Positions 1 to 12,946 of a stretch of DNA of 64,000 nt are shown here, piece after piece. The notes beneath the pieces are model-generated. The model was not told the DNA's origin. It searched no databases and saw only the letters and a list, made by a program, of their open reading frames with translations. The position numbers and the translations under genes are program-made. Positions within the stretch are counted from its first letter, which is position 1. Each line of letters opens with the position of its first letter. This stretch comes from Mobula hypostoma (lineage: Eukaryota), in assembly GCF_963921235.1 (NCBI RefSeq), contig NC_086108.1:76076001-76140000 (forward strand), read 5' to 3'.

Positions 1-54
1 TCACTCTATTAGCACCTTCCTGCCTTGAAGCTGAAAATTAATCTTAAAAATATT

Positions 55-235
55 GAGGATACTGGAAACTTGAAATAAAAACAAATCGCTGTAAACACCC
101 AAAGGAACAGGCGGCATCCAGTGGAAAAGAAACAGAGTAGAGGTTTCAGGATCATTCATTTGATGAATGGTCTTAAACTGGAAATATTAACTCTTTTCTG
201 TTTCCACTGACAGGGCCTGAACTGTTAGTTTCCCG
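55..235. repeat. Old, degraded Penelope-terminal-repeat-derived palindromic repeat
   Basis: Imperfect inverted arms (cagtggaaaagaaacagag / ctcttttctgtttccactg) around a decayed TTGATGA...GGAAA core; loosely resembles the short repeats at 12947 and 60731. Confidence 0.35.
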
Positions 236-367
236 GAAAAATTAATTCACACTCAAACTACAAGTCCCATAGGGCCATGCAATTTGTACATGCGCAGAAC
301 GACGAAATGCATCTCCCACAATGCAGCTCGGCCGATACCAGTGTTATGCGGAAAGCGCTGTCGGAAG
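231..367 (+). promoter_or_regulatory. Candidate DMAP1 housekeeping promoter (ZNF143/THAP11, NRF1-like and ETS motifs)
   Basis: ACTACAAGTCCCA 257-269, CATGCGCA ~289-296, Staf/ZNF143-like CTCCCACAATGCAGCTCG 313-330, CGGAA at 234, 349 and 362; local CpG enrichment; GTGAGT donor follows at 400. Confidence 0.65.
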
Positions 368-399
368 ATTAAAAGAGAAAAACTGTGCTAGTTTTGGGG
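340..399 (+). other. DMAP1: Candidate non-coding first exon of DMAP1 (start approximate)
   Basis: Directly downstream of the promoter motifs and ends at GGG|GTGAGT; the first coding exon at 53171 has an acceptor but only 10 nt of UTR, so an upstream exon is required. Confidence 0.5.
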
Positions 400-1029
400 G
401 TGAGTAGTAGAATCGTGTGTTTTTGTGCTTATAATAGGAGAGCATCGTCTTTGTAATTATTCATTGATCATGTTTATTACCATTGCAGATGTTAGAATGA
501 AGTGATCGGGCCTAGGAGTGAAGCCTTGTGTAATGACAGATTCGCGCTAGCTGCCCTGCCTCTGGTATTGATTTGTCCAGCAGGTGGAAGCAGATTTCAA
601 TTCCAAACTATTGGCTTATGTTGAGAAATTTATCTTTTTTTCGTTGTAATGTGTGCATAATAAGAAAAACTGCCAACGTAATCAGTGAAAATGTATAGGG
701 TGAAGTGCATGACATTTGAAAACTTACGTGTAATTGAGTTCCACGTGGTTGCTGTTTTGACTATCGCTTTTTGAAACTTTCCCCTATTACAGCCGAATAA
801 TTAGAACGTGTGAATTGGAAATGGGCCACTCCGTTCCTCACACCTTATTTCACCATTCAGTATGTCGCACTTAATAGGATAAACAATAGATGTTGTTTAT
901 CCCCTGTGGAAAGATGGTTGCAAATATCTGCTTAATTCAAATTTTATTCCTAGCTTTACAATTTTAAATACTCAAACTCAATTTGTATAGCACTAACACT
1001 CCGTTAACTTCTTAAAGCATGTCTTGCAA

Positions 1030-2009
1030 CTGTTTCGTGCCAAACCCCTATTTTAAAAAGCCAAACCTTGATAGTGAAGTACTAGCTAATGCCAGCCTAT
1101 ATCAGATCTCTCCCTTCTTGGGCAAGATTCTTGAGAAAGTCATTTTCAACCAACTCAACTTTCTGAATGAGAACAAAATTCTGGAAAAGTTTCTGTCAGG
1201 TTTTAGAGCAAACCTCGGCATGGAGTTAGTTCCTTACCAAAATTGTCAGTGACAATTTTAGCTTAGCACTGATGCCAACAGGGTCTCAGTTCTAATTTTC
1301 CTAGATCTAAGTCCTTTGACACAATTGACAACAACTGACTAGAACATTCTCCTTGATTGCCTTGAGAACTGGGTTGGCCTTTCTGGTAGTTACCTTGGTT
1401 GGGTTCACTCATATCTCAGAGATAACTTTTGTCTGTTTCGGAGACCATTTTTCTAAGCGGTATAATGTTACGTTTGGTGTCGTTCACGGAAACTGTCTTG
1501 GTTCTCTACTCTTCTTTTGGAGACATCATTAAAGAGCATAAACTTGATATCCACAGACATGCAGATAGCATACAATTGTATATCTCAGCTGAGCCTGATG
1601 ATGATAACACCCTATTCACTCTGACTTCTGATAGAGCGGTAAGAAACAAATAGGTGAGCAGTAATTTTCTCAAACTAAATTAAGATGAAACTGTGAAATG
1701 CTCTTAGTTGGTCCCAAAGAGGAAAAAAGAGATAAACTATTTGATAAACTTGGAAATGGCTTCCCTTGTAAAATCAGAAGTAACAACCCTGGGTGTTGTC
1801 CTTGATTCAGAAATGAGTTTTAAATACCACATAAAGAAGGTAACCAGAGAAGCATTTCTGCTCTTAAGAAATATTGTGAAAGTATATCCTCCGTTACTGT
1901 CACGTGATGATGCTGAAAAACCAATTCACGCCTTGAGTCAGATAGACTAGATTATTGCAATACACTCGTTACTGTCCTTCCAAAGTAATCTATTCACAAA
2001 TTTCAACTC
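1030..2009 (+). mobile_element. L2-clade LINE, degraded RT fragment
   Basis: Frameshifted pieces KKPNLDSEVLAN..PFLGKILEKV..ILEKFLSGFR, HADSIQLY and LGVVLDSEMSF. Confidence 0.8.
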
Positions 2010-4745
2010 AAGTCAAGTCAATTCATGTCACTTTTTAATTGTCATTTCAACCATAACTGCTAGTAGAGTACACAGTAAAAACAAGACAACGCTTTTCAGG
2101 ACCATGGTGCTACATGAACAATACAAAAACTACACTGAACTACGTAAAACAACACAAAGCTACACTAGACTACAGACCTACCCAGGACTGCATAAAGTGC
2201 ACAAAACAGTGCAGGCATTACAATAAATAATAGACAAGACAATAAGCACAGTAGAGGGCAGTAGGTTGGTGTCAGTCCAGGCTCTGGGTATTGAGGAGTC
2301 TGATGGCTTGGGGGAAGAAAGTGTTACATAGTCTGGTCGTTAGAGCCCAAATACTTCGGTGCCTTTTGCCAGATGGCAGGAGGGAGAAGAGTTTGTATGA
2401 GGGGTGCATGGGGTCCTTCATAATGCTGTTTGCTTTACGGTTGCAGCATGTGGTGTAAATGTCTGTAATGGTGGGAAGAAAGGCCCTGATGATCTTCTCA
2501 GCTGTCCTCACCATCCACTGCAGGGTCTTGCGATCCGAGATGGTGCAATTTCCGAACCTGGCAGTGATGCAGCTGCTCAGGATGCTCTCAATACAACCTC
2601 TGTAGAATGTGGTGAGGATGGGGGTTGGGAGATGGACTTTTCTCAGCCTTCGCAGAAAGTAGAGGTACTGCTGGGCTTTCTTTGCTATGGAGCTGGTGTT
2701 GAGGGACCAGGTGAGATTCTCTGCCAGGTGAACACCAAGAAATTTGGTGCTCTTAACGATCTCTACAGAGGAGTCGTTGATGTTCAGCGGAGAGTGGTTG
2801 TTCCGTATCCTCCTGAAGTCAACAACCATCTCTTTTGTTTTGTTCACATTCAGAGACAGGTTGTTGGCTCTGCACCAGTCAGTCAGCCGCTGCACCTCCT
2901 CTCTGTATGCTGACTCATCGTTCTTGCTGATGAGACCCACCACACTCTGCCATCGGCGAACTTGATGATGTGTTTCGAGCTGTGTTTTGCAGCACAGTCA
3001 TGGGTCAGTAGAGTGAACAGCAGGGGACTGAGCACACAGCACTTGGGGGCCCCCGTGCTCATTGTGATGGTGTTGGAGATACTGCTTCCAATCCGGACTG
3101 ACTGAGGTCTCCCAGTCAGGAAGTCTAGGATCCAGTTGCAGAGGGAGATGTTCAGGCCCAGTAGGCTCAGCTTTCCAATCACTTTCTGAGGAATGATAGT
3201 GTTGAATGCTGAACTGAAGTCTATGAACGGCATTCGAACGTACGTGTCTTTTTTTGTCCAGGTGGGTTAGGGCCACGTAGAGGGTGATGGCAATGGCGTC
3301 GTCTGTTGAACGCTTGGGATGGTACGCGAACTGCAGGGGGTCCAGTGAGGGGGGCAGCAGGGTCTTGATATGCCTCATGACGAGCGTCTCGAAATGCTTC
3401 ATGATGATGGATGCGAGTGCGACGGGACGGTAGTTGTTGAGGCAGGACACTGAAGCCGCCTTCAGCACGGGGACAATGGTGGCGGCCTTGAAGCACGTAG
3501 GAACGACGGCGCTGCTCAGGGAGATGTTGAAGATATCAATGAGAATCTCAGCTAGCTGGTCTGCACATCCTGTAAGCACTCTGCCAGGAATATTGTCTGG
3601 TCCAGCAGCCTTCCGTGGGTTGACCCTGCACAGGGTTCTCCTCACATCGGCCACGGTAAGACACAGCACCTGGTCGCTTGGAGGAGGGGTGGTCTTCCTT
3701 GCCGCCATGTCATTTTCCGCCTCAAAATGAGCGTAAAAGTTAGTCAACGCATCTGGGAGGGAAGCATCACCAGCACAGGCAGGTGGTGTTGTCTTGTAGT
3801 TGGAGATGTCCTGAATGCCCTGCGTGTCGCCACTGTTCTAGAAGTAGCTGTGGATTCGCCGGGCGTGTGCACACTTTGCCTCTCTGATGGCCCGGGACAG
3901 TTTGGCCCTTGCTGTTGTTAGGACTACCTTGTCGCCTGCTGTGAAGGCGGTCTCACGGGTCCTCAGCAGTGCACGCACCTCTGCGGTCATCCATGGCTTC
4001 TGGTTTTTTTTATTTCAAAATATACTTTATTCAAAAATAAAATTATGTACAATAAACCATTAAATGAATCTCAATCCTTTACAGATGTTTCCATTACGGG
4101 CTTTACATTTCCACACTTTTAGCCACCCACGTGGCACTCTGTTGTTTCGTCTTTCCACACCATTGTTGAGGGGTATACTCCCCGCCACCCAACCCCTCCC
4201 ACTCCCGCGGGAGAAGAACCCTAAACAGTGGTCCTTCCCCACCGGGCCCTTACGGTGGCTGCACCAAGTTTCAGTGCGTCTCTCAGCACGTACTCCTGCA
4301 GCTGAGAATGTGCCAGTCGGCAGCATTCTCCCACGGACATCTCCATGTGCTGGTAGATCATCAAGTTTCAGGCCGACCAAAGAGTGTTTTTCACTGAGTT
4401 GATGATCTGCCAGCAGCACCGGATCTGGTTAGCACGTGTAGTGATGGTCTTGGCCACAGTGACGTCATCAATGCACTTGCTCATGTGGCTAGTCACTGAT
4501 GCCGTGTACTCCTCTAGGTTGGTAGAGTGGCTACTGGTTGCAGCCTCCCTGAACATGTGCCAGTCAGTGTGCTCAAAGCGGTCTTGAAGAGCAGAGATGG
4601 CTCCTGCTGGCCAGGTTTTCACCTGCTTTTGAACTGGTCTGGAGCGCCTGACGAGCGGTCTGTATGCTGGGACTAGCATAACAGAGATGTGGTCTGAGTA
4701 GCCGTGGTGGGGGCGGCACTCTGCCCGGTATGCGCCGGGAATTGC
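2010..4745 (-). mobile_element. Rex1/Babar LINE (end of endonuclease, RT, 3' end), frameshifted, inserted into the L2
   Basis: ORFs 4368-4748 (GYSDHISV), 2998-3747 ([15 protein letters not shown]), 2883-3233 and 2272-2943; short (TGACT)n-like tail at ~2010. Confidence 0.9.
4006..4423 (-). mobile_element. Tx1/L1-like LINE 3' fragment with poly(A), nested in Rex1
   Basis: 7-bp TSD TCTGGTT (3999-4005, 4424-4430) splits Rex1 RANQ/KPWM; T-run at the left end; minus strand reads [16 protein letters not shown]...RDALKLGAA, a Tx1 ORF2 C-terminal motif. Confidence 0.75.
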
Positions 4746-4870
4746 CACTGTAGGCTTTTAACTAGATGCTTAAAGCTCTCAATGGTCTAGAACCAAATTA
4801 TATCACAGAATCACTTTTGTTTTATAATCCTGCTCGAGCTCTCAGGTTTTCTTCTGCTGGTTTCTTAAAC
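4746..4870 (+). mobile_element. Continuation of the L2 LINE (ORF2 C-terminus)
   Basis: KALNGLEPNYITESLLFYNPARALRFSS matches the L2 KALNGLAPxY...RxLRSS motif. Confidence 0.7.
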
Positions 4871-4903
4871 TTATTATTATTATCCATTTTTGTTTGTTGG
4901 ACA

Positions 4904-6212
4904 TCTCCCTCTCTCTCTCTCTCTCTCTCCCCCCCCCCTCTCTCTCTCTCACCCCTCTCTCTCTCCCCCCTCTCTCTCTCCCCCCTCTCTCTCTCCCCCC
5001 TCTCTCTCTCCCCCCTCTCTCTCCCCCCCTCTCTCTCCCCCCTCTCTCTCCCCCTCTCTCTCCCCCCTCTCTCTCCCCCTCTCTCTCCCCCCCTCTCTCT
5101 CCCCCCCCTCTCTCTCCCCCTCTCTCTCCCCCCTCTCTCCCCCCTCTCTCTCCCCCCCTCTCTCTCCCCCTCTCTCTCCCCCCTCTCTCTCCCCCTCTCT
5201 CTCCCCCTCTCTCTCCCCCCCTCTCTCTCCCCCCCTCTCTCTCCCCCCTCTCTCTCCCCCTCTCTCTCCCCCTCTCTCTCCCCCTCTCTCTCCCCCCTCT
5301 CTCTCCCCCCTCTCTCTCCCCCTCTCTCTCCCCCCTCTCTCTCCCCCTCTCTCTCCCCCCTCTCTCTCCCCCCTCTCTCCCCCCCTCTCTCTCCCCCTCT
5401 CTCTCCCCCTCTCTCTCCCCCTCTCTCTCCCCCTCTCTCTCCCCCCTCTCTCTCCCCCTCTCTCTCCCCCTCTCTCTCCCCCCCTCTCTCTCCCCCTCTC
5501 TCTCCCCCTCTCTCTCCCCCCTCTCTCTCCCCCCTCTCTCTCCCCCTCTCTCTCCCCCTCTCTCTCCCCCTCTCTCTCCCCCTCTCTCTCCCCCTCTCTC
5601 TCCCCCCTCTCTCTCCCCCCCTCTCTCTCCCCCCCTCTCTCTCCCCCCTCTCTCTCCCCCCTCTCTCTCCCCCCTCTCTCCCCCCTCTCTCCCCCTCTCT
5701 CTCCCCCTCTCTCTCCCCCTCTCTCTCCCCCCTCTCTCTCCCCCTCTCTCTCCCCCTCTCTCTCCCCCTCTCTCTCCCCCTCTCTCTCCCCCTCTCTCTC
5801 CCCCTCTCTCCCCCCTCTCTCTCCCCCTCTCTCCCCCTCTCTCTCCCCCTCTCTCCCCCTCTCTCTCCCCCTCTCTCTCCCCCTCTCTCTCCCCCTCTCT
5901 CTCCCCCTCTCTCTCCCCCCTCTCTCTCCCCCTCTCTCTCCCCCTCTCTCTCCCCCTCTCTCTCCCCCTCTCTCTCCCCCTCTCTCTCCCCCTCTCTCTC
6001 CCCCTCTCTCTCCCCCTCTCTCTCCCCCTCTCTCTCCCCCTCTCTCTCCCCCTCTCTCTCCCCCCTCTCTCCCCCCTCTCTCCCCCTCTCTCCCCCCTCT
6101 CTCTCCCCCTCTCTCTCCCCCTCTCTCTCCCCCCTCTCTCCCCCCCTCCCCCCCCCCCCCCCCCCCCCTCTCCATCTCTCTCTCCCCCCCTCTCTCTCTC
6201 TCCCCCCCTCCC
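4904..6212. repeat. 1.3-kb polypyrimidine/polypurine tandem repeat, unit ~(CTCTCTCTCCCC) with 10-14 nt variants
   Basis: Only C and T apart from two A residues (4951, 6174). Confidence 0.97.
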
Positions 6213-6229
6213 AAAACACACAATAACTT

Positions 6230-6620
6230 AGGAAAGTAAGTATAAAATCTAGGCATAAAGGAAGTGCATAAATTATATATTGTAAGGTACAGAACAGATT
6301 GCAATGCAATCCTTTGAATGGAATCCAGCAGGAAGTTCAGAAGTCTAATCGCCTGAGGGAAGAAATGGTTTTGCATCCTGACCATTCTTGTTTTTATGCA
6401 TTGGAATCTCCTGTCTGATGGTAGAAAGTCAAAGAAGATGCTGGGTGGATGGGTGGCATCCGATACTAAGGGCCCTGCGTATGCAGTGCTTCTGATAAAT
6501 TTCGCCGAAGGATGGGAGAGAGACCCCTATGATGTACTTGGCCAGTCTCACAGTGCTTTTTAGGGATATCCGGTCCAATGCTTGACTGCTCCCTAACCAG
6601 ATGGAGGTGCAGCTTGTCAA
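6230..6620 (-). mobile_element. Rex1/Babar-like LINE 3' fragment, degraded
   Basis: NHFFPQAIRLLN and TSCTSIWLGS..VRLAKYIIGVSLPS on the minus strand. Confidence 0.65.
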
Positions 6621-7273
6621 CTACTGAAATGGTGAGGCCACTCTCAGGTTGGAGGAGCAATACCTCATATTCCATTTCCGGCAACACTTTTGGCAAGATG
6701 GCGGCTTTTATGGGGTCAACAAAAGGTGCTACTGTTCTATCTTCTCAAGACCCTGCTATACATTAAGAACGTAAAGGTACTGTAGGTCTACACCATCAAC
6801 AAGTTGCTAGCTGGCTGAGATAATGAAGGAGCTGCACAATGTGTTGTTGCCTGAGGTGATGGAAACTTACAGTCAAATAGCAAGTGGCCATCAGAATTGT
6901 TTTTCTTGTGATTGCAAGACCTCTTTGGACATTGTTAATCTGGTGTGCTGCAAGTTCGATTTGCTTATTTATTGGATGAGAGTAGGAGCAAATGGAGGGG
7001 GGAGCTCCTTGGTCATAGCAAGGACTAGGCCTGAAGCCTTGGTGCCAGCTGTTTGCAGCAGCCTGGAGTGAGGGGATGAAACCATTGGCGCTTCACTGGG
7101 GGTGGTGTGGTGTGGCATCGCTGCCCTTCCAAAATTTTGCTGGGCAGAAGACAAGCTCTGTTGTGGCCAACTGCAGATTTTTTTATTTGGATGCATTCAA
7201 TGAACTCGGGACCTCAAGCTGCGGAGGGCGCATAGCACAGTTGTGGCAACTGAAGATTTCAAATGGGCTAAGG

Positions 7274-8459
7274 CAGGGGTCCCCAACCTTTTTTGCACTG
7301 TGGACCGGTTTAATATTGACAATATTCTTGCGGACTGGCAGTCAAATACGTTGTGTTTACCCAGAAATAGACTACAATAACCATGAAGCCTTGCGCACGC
7401 ACCAGTGCGCATGCGCGTCGTAACCTGCCGATTTTTTTTTCCCTGCAAATCCTTTTTGGTGATTCTGTACCGGGGGGGGGGTGGAGGAGGTGTTAATCAC
7501 GACCGGAAGTGATACACTCAAATACAGGAATATAGGTGATAGGTGATACACTCAATTTCATTTCTAAAAGGGTTTATCTAATGAATTTAATATTAAACAC
7601 AGTGCATATTTTCCTCGCATGAATATAGTGATAAGTTAATTATCAGGGGAACTTGAAGTAAGTGTTGAACAAACTTCCAGTAGAAGTGGCAGAAGCAGGT
7701 TCGATATTATCATTTAAAGTAAAATTGGATAGCTATATGGACAGGAAAGGAATGGACGGTTATGGGCTGAGTGCAGGTCGGTAGGACTCAGTGAGAGTAA
7801 GTGTTCGGCACAGACTAGAACGGCCGAGATGGCCTGTTTCCGTGCTGTAATTGTTATATGGTTATATAAGTAAGTCAATAGCATCATAACATTTTAAGTA
7901 ACGTTTGGATATTAAACACACAGCACATATTTTCCCCGTATGAACATATAAAATCATTGCAACACACCAATATCGCTGATTCAGTGGGAGCCCTGGGTTT
8001 GTTTCCCTGCAACAAGACGATCCCATCAAGGGGTGATGGAAGACAGCGATACTCGAAGGGGGTTCCTTATGTCCAGTCTATTCTGCAATTTAGTTTTCGT
8101 TGCATTCATTGCAGAGATACATTGGAAATGGAAGCAACGTTTTCAGTGCTTTCGTGGCTATCTCAGGATATTTAGCCTTGACTTTGATCCAGAATGCCGG
8201 CAGAGATGTTATATCAAACATACTTCTCAGCCCGCCGTCATTTGCAAGCTCGAGGAGTTGATCTCCTTCCCGCGCTGACACGGATGACGCGCGGGTAATG
8301 ACCTCGCATGTGTTCGAGCTCAACAGTGGGTGGGTGTGACAGGGAATGAGGAAAGGTGCAGCTGGCTCACATCGCCAAATCATATTGTTTCCTCGCGGCC
8401 CAGTAGCAAATGCTTTGCGGTCCGGTACTGGTCCACGGCCCGGTGGTTGGGGACCGCTG
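7274..8459 (-). mobile_element. Non-autonomous hAT (Charlie/Buster-type) transposon carrying a CR1 3' fragment
   Basis: TIRs CAGGGGTCCCCAACC / GGTTGGGGACCGCTG; 8-bp TSD GGCTAAGG/GACTAAGG; transposase dimerisation-domain remnant FWIKVKAKYPEIATKALKTLLPF...QGSH* on the minus strand; CR1 tail at 7664-7867. Confidence 0.9.
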
Positions 8460-8525
8460 GACTAAGGGGTCTGTACTATATACATATATATTTGTGTGGT
8501 TTCTGTTTTTGCTAATATTCTATTT

Positions 8526-11500
8526 TATAAGACCATAAGGCATAAGAGCAGAATTAGGCCATTTGGCCCATCGAGTCTGCTCTGCCATTTAATCATGGCT
8601 GATTTAATCATCCTTTTTTCCCCCTCCTCAGCCCCACTCCCCAACCTTCTCCCTGTAACCTTAGATGCAGTGTCCAGTCAGGAACCTGTCAAGCTCTGCC
8701 TTAAATACCCTTGACGACCTGGCCTCCACAGCTGCCTGTGGTAATAAATTCCGCAAATTCACCACTCTCTGGCTAAAGAAATGTCTCCACATCTCTGCTT
8801 TAAATGTCGCCCCTCTATCCTGAAACTGTACCTTCTTGTCATTGACTCCCCTATCATAGGAAACATTCCTTCCATATCTATTCTGCCTAGGCCTTTCAGC
8901 ATTCGAAAAGTTTCCGTGAGATGTCCCCTCATTCTTCTAAATTCCAGTAAGTTCAGATCCAGAGCTATCAAACACTCCCCGTATGTTAACCCTTTCATTT
9001 CTAGAATCATCCCTGTGAACATCCTCTTGACCCTCTCCAATGCTAGCACATCTTTTCTAAGATGAGGGGCCTAAAACTGTTCACAGTACTCAAAGTGAGG
9101 CCTCACTAGTACCTTATAAAGCCTCAGCATCACCTCCTTGCTCTTGTGTTCTAGACCTCTTGAAATAAATGGCATTTGCCTTCCTCACCATCGACTCAAC
9201 CTGCAAGTTAACCTTCAGGGTGTTCTGCACAAGGACTCCCAAGTCCCTCTACATCTCAGATTCTTGGATTTTCTCCCCGTTTAGAAAATACTCCACACAT
9301 TTATTTCTACCACCAAAGTGCTTGACCATGTATTTTTCTACTTTATATTTCATTTTCCTTTCTCTTGCCCATTCTCCTAATCTAAGTCCTTCTGCATCCT
9401 ACCTGTTTCCTCAAGACAACCTGCCCCTCCACCAATCTTCATATCGTCTGCAAACTTGGCAACAAAGCCATCTATTCCATCACCTAAGTCATTTATATAC
9501 AGCATAAAAAGAAGTAGTCCCAACAGTGACCCCTGCAGAACACCACTTGTCACTGGCAGCCAAACAGAAAAGGATCCTTTTATTCCCACTCACTGCCTCC
9601 TGCCAATCAGCCAATGCTCTAACCATGTTAGTAACTTTCCTGTAATACCATGGGCTCTTAACTTGGTTAGCAGCCTCATATGTGCACCTTGTCAAAGGCC
9701 TTCTGAAAGTCCAAATATACCACATCCACTGCATCCCCTTTATCTATCCTACTTGTAATCTCCTCAAAGAATTCCAACAGGTTCGTCTGGCAAGATTTTC
9801 CCTTAAGAAAACCATGCTGACTTTTCCTATCTTGTCCTGTGTCACCAAGTGCTCCATAACCTCATCCTTAACGATTGACTCCAGTGTCTTCCTAACCACT
9901 GAGGTCAGGCTAATTGGTCTATAATTTTCTTTCTGCTGCCTTCCTCCTTAAGGAGTGGAGTGACATTTGCAATTTTCCAGTCCTCTGGCATCATGAGTCT
10001 AATGATTTTTGAAAGATAATTTCTAATGGCACCACAATCTCTATTGCTACATTTTTCAGAATCCTAGGGTGCAGTTCATCTGGTTTGGGTGACTTGTGTA
10101 CCCTTAGGTTTTTCAGCTTTTTGAGCATCTTCTCCCTTGTAATAGTAACTGCACTCATTTCTCTTCCCTCACACCCTTCAATAACTGGCACACTGCTAGT
10201 GTCTTCTACAGTGCAGACTGATGCAAAACACTCCTTTGGTTCATCTGCATCTTCTCGTCCCCTGTTATTATTTCTCTAGCCTCATTTTCTAGTGGTCATA
10301 TATCCACTATCATCTCTCTTTTTATTTTTTACATACCTGGGAAAAGCTTTTACATACCATCCACTTTGATATTGTTTGCTAGCTTGCTTTCATATTTCAT
10401 CTTTTCCCTCTTAATGATTCTTTTAGTTGCTCTCTGTCGGGTTTTAGAAGCTTCCCAATTCTCTGCCTTCCCACTCATTTTTGCTTTTACATTGGCTTTG
10501 ACATCCCTTGTCAGTCATGGTTGAACTATTTTGCCATTTTGGGTATTTCTGTGTTTTTGAAACACATCTCTCCTGCACCTTCCTCATTTTTCCCAGAAAC
10601 TCATGCCATTGCTGCTCTGCTGTCATCCCTGCCAGCATAGAACCATAGAAACTACAGCACAGAAACAGGCCCTTTGGCCCTTCTTGGCTGTGCCGAACCA
10701 TTTTCTGCCTAGTCCCACTGACCTGCACACGGACCATATCCCTCCATACACCTCCCATCCATGTATCTGTCCAATTTATTCTTAAATGTTAAAAAAGAAC
10801 CCGCATTTACCACCTCGTCTGGCAGCTCATTCCATACTCCCACCACTCTCTGTGTGAAGAAGCCCCCCCTAATGTTTCCTTTAAACCTTTCCCCCCTCAC
10901 CCTTAACCCACGTCCTCTGGTTTTTTTCTCCCCTTGCCTCAGTGGAAAAAGCCTGCTTGCATTCACTCTATCTATACCCATCATAATTTTATATACCTCT
11001 ATCAAATCTTCCAATTTACTTTGGCCAACTCCTGTCTCATACCACTGTAATTTCTTTTACATCACTGAAATACTGCTATGTCAGAGTTCACTTTCTCCCT
11101 ATCAGATTTCAAGTTGAACTGAATCATATTGTGATCACTGCCTCCTAAGGGTTCTTTTACTTTCAGCTGCCTAATCACCTCTGGTTCATTACATAACACC
11201 CTGTCCAGTATAGCTGAACCCCAAGTAGGCTCAATGACAAACTGCCCAAAAAAACCATCTCATAGGCATTCAACAAACTCACTCACTTGGAATCCATTTC
11301 CAACCTGATTTTCCCAATTGACCTGCATTTGAAATCTCCCATGACTATCATAACATTGCCCTTTTAACACGTCTTTTATATTTCCTGTTGCAATCTGTGG
11401 TCCACATCCCAGCTACTATTTGGAGGACTGTATATAACTGCCATCTGGGTCCTTTTACCCTAGCAGTTTCTTAACTCAACCCACAAGAATTCAGCGTCTT

Positions 11501-12760
11501 CCAATCCTGTGTCACATCTTTCTACTGCTTTGATGCCATTCTTTACCAGCAGAGGCACGCTACTCCCTCTGCTGACCTTCTTATGCCTCCGATACAACAT
11601 GTAACCTTGGACATTCACCTCTCAACTACAACCATTCTTCAGCCATGATTCAGTGATGGCCACTACATCATACCTGATAATCTGTACACGTGCAACAAGA
11701 TCATCCACCTTATTTTTTGTACTCTATGCATTGAGATATAACACTTTGCTGCATTTGCTACCTTGTTTTGATTCTGCATCCCTAATGTACTGATAGCCAT
11801 CCTGCTGGCTGCAATTATGTCCTATCATCTGCCTACTCTTCCTGATGGTCTGATTGCACACTATCTTTGCTTTTTTACCATCCATCCTATCCTGTGTCCC
11901 TTTACGCTGGTTCCCACACCCCTGCCAAATTAATTTAAACCCTCCCCAACAGCTCTAACAAACCTGCCTGCGAGAATATTGGTTCCTCTCAGGTTCAGGT
12001 GCAACCCGTCACTTTTGATCAGGTCATACCTTCCCCCAGAAGAGATCCCAATGATCTAAGAGTCTGAAGACCTGCCCCCTACAGCAGCTTCTCGGCCACG
12101 CATTAGTTTGCCAAATCAACCTGTTTCTAACTTCAATGGCGTGTGCCACAGGCAGCAATACAGAAGTTACTACCTGGGAGGTCCTGCTTCTCAGGTTTAT
12201 ATCTAGCTCTCTAAATTCTCTTTTTGGGACCTCTTTGCTTTTCTTTCCTCTGTCATTATGTACCATGACATCTGGCTGCTCCCTTCCCTCTCCAAAATGT
12301 TGTTGATGCGATCCGAGGCATCCCTGACCTTGGCACCTGGGAGGTAACATACCATCTGGGTGTCCCATTCACATCCACAGAATCTCCTGTCTGTTCTCCT
12401 GACTATTTGAGTCCCCTAAAACTACTGCTCCCTTCCTCTCCCTCTTTCCCTTCTGCTCCACGGACCTATGCTTAGTGCCAGTAAACCAGTCTCCGTGGCA
12501 TTCCCTTGGAAGGTTATCCCCCACAACAGTATCCAAAGTGGTATACTTAATTTTTGAGGGGAATGACCATGAGGGCACTCTGTGCTAACTGCTTGTTCAC
12601 ACTTTCATTTCTCCTGACAGTCACCTACCTGTTTGCCTCTTCCAGCTTCATGGTGACTACTTCCCCGTAACGCTGATCGATTATCTCTTCACTCTCCCAT
12701 ATAAGCCGAAGGTCATCTAGTTGCTGTTTCAGATCCCTAACACGGTATTCAAGGATGTGC
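8526..12760 (-). mobile_element. CR1 LINE, long degraded copy (ORF1 esterase remnant, ORF2, 3' UTR)
   Basis: VTSGVLQGSLLG, KFADD, KSPKPDELHPRIL; SGNH-like ORF1 QPDVMVH..VVTSVLLPV..LDHWDLFWG at 12024-12368. Confidence 0.9.
10636..11006 (-). mobile_element. Younger CR1 3' fragment nested in CR1
   Basis: Open DLIEVYKIM...FFTQRVVGVWNELP...KLDRYMD; (TTCTATGG)n tail at 10636-10650. Confidence 0.85.
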
Positions 12761-12946
12761 AGCGAGGTTTAGGTGTCAAAACCGTGACACCTAGCAGGAG
12801 TCAGGTGTTAGGACAAGGACTGGGCCTCAAAGCCTTGGTGTCACCTAGCGAGCATTGGCTCCAGTCAACAGATGATGTTGGTGGGCTGGGAAGTCTGAAT
12901 TATATACGTGCATATTGTGTGTCATTGTATTTTACTGATATTCTAA

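Noticed and set aside
4766..6385. Six 445-495 aa ORFs (Pro/Ser/Leu-rich or Gly/Glu/Arg-rich)
   Set aside because: They arise because a C/T-only repeat has no stop codons in any frame; no evidence of coding
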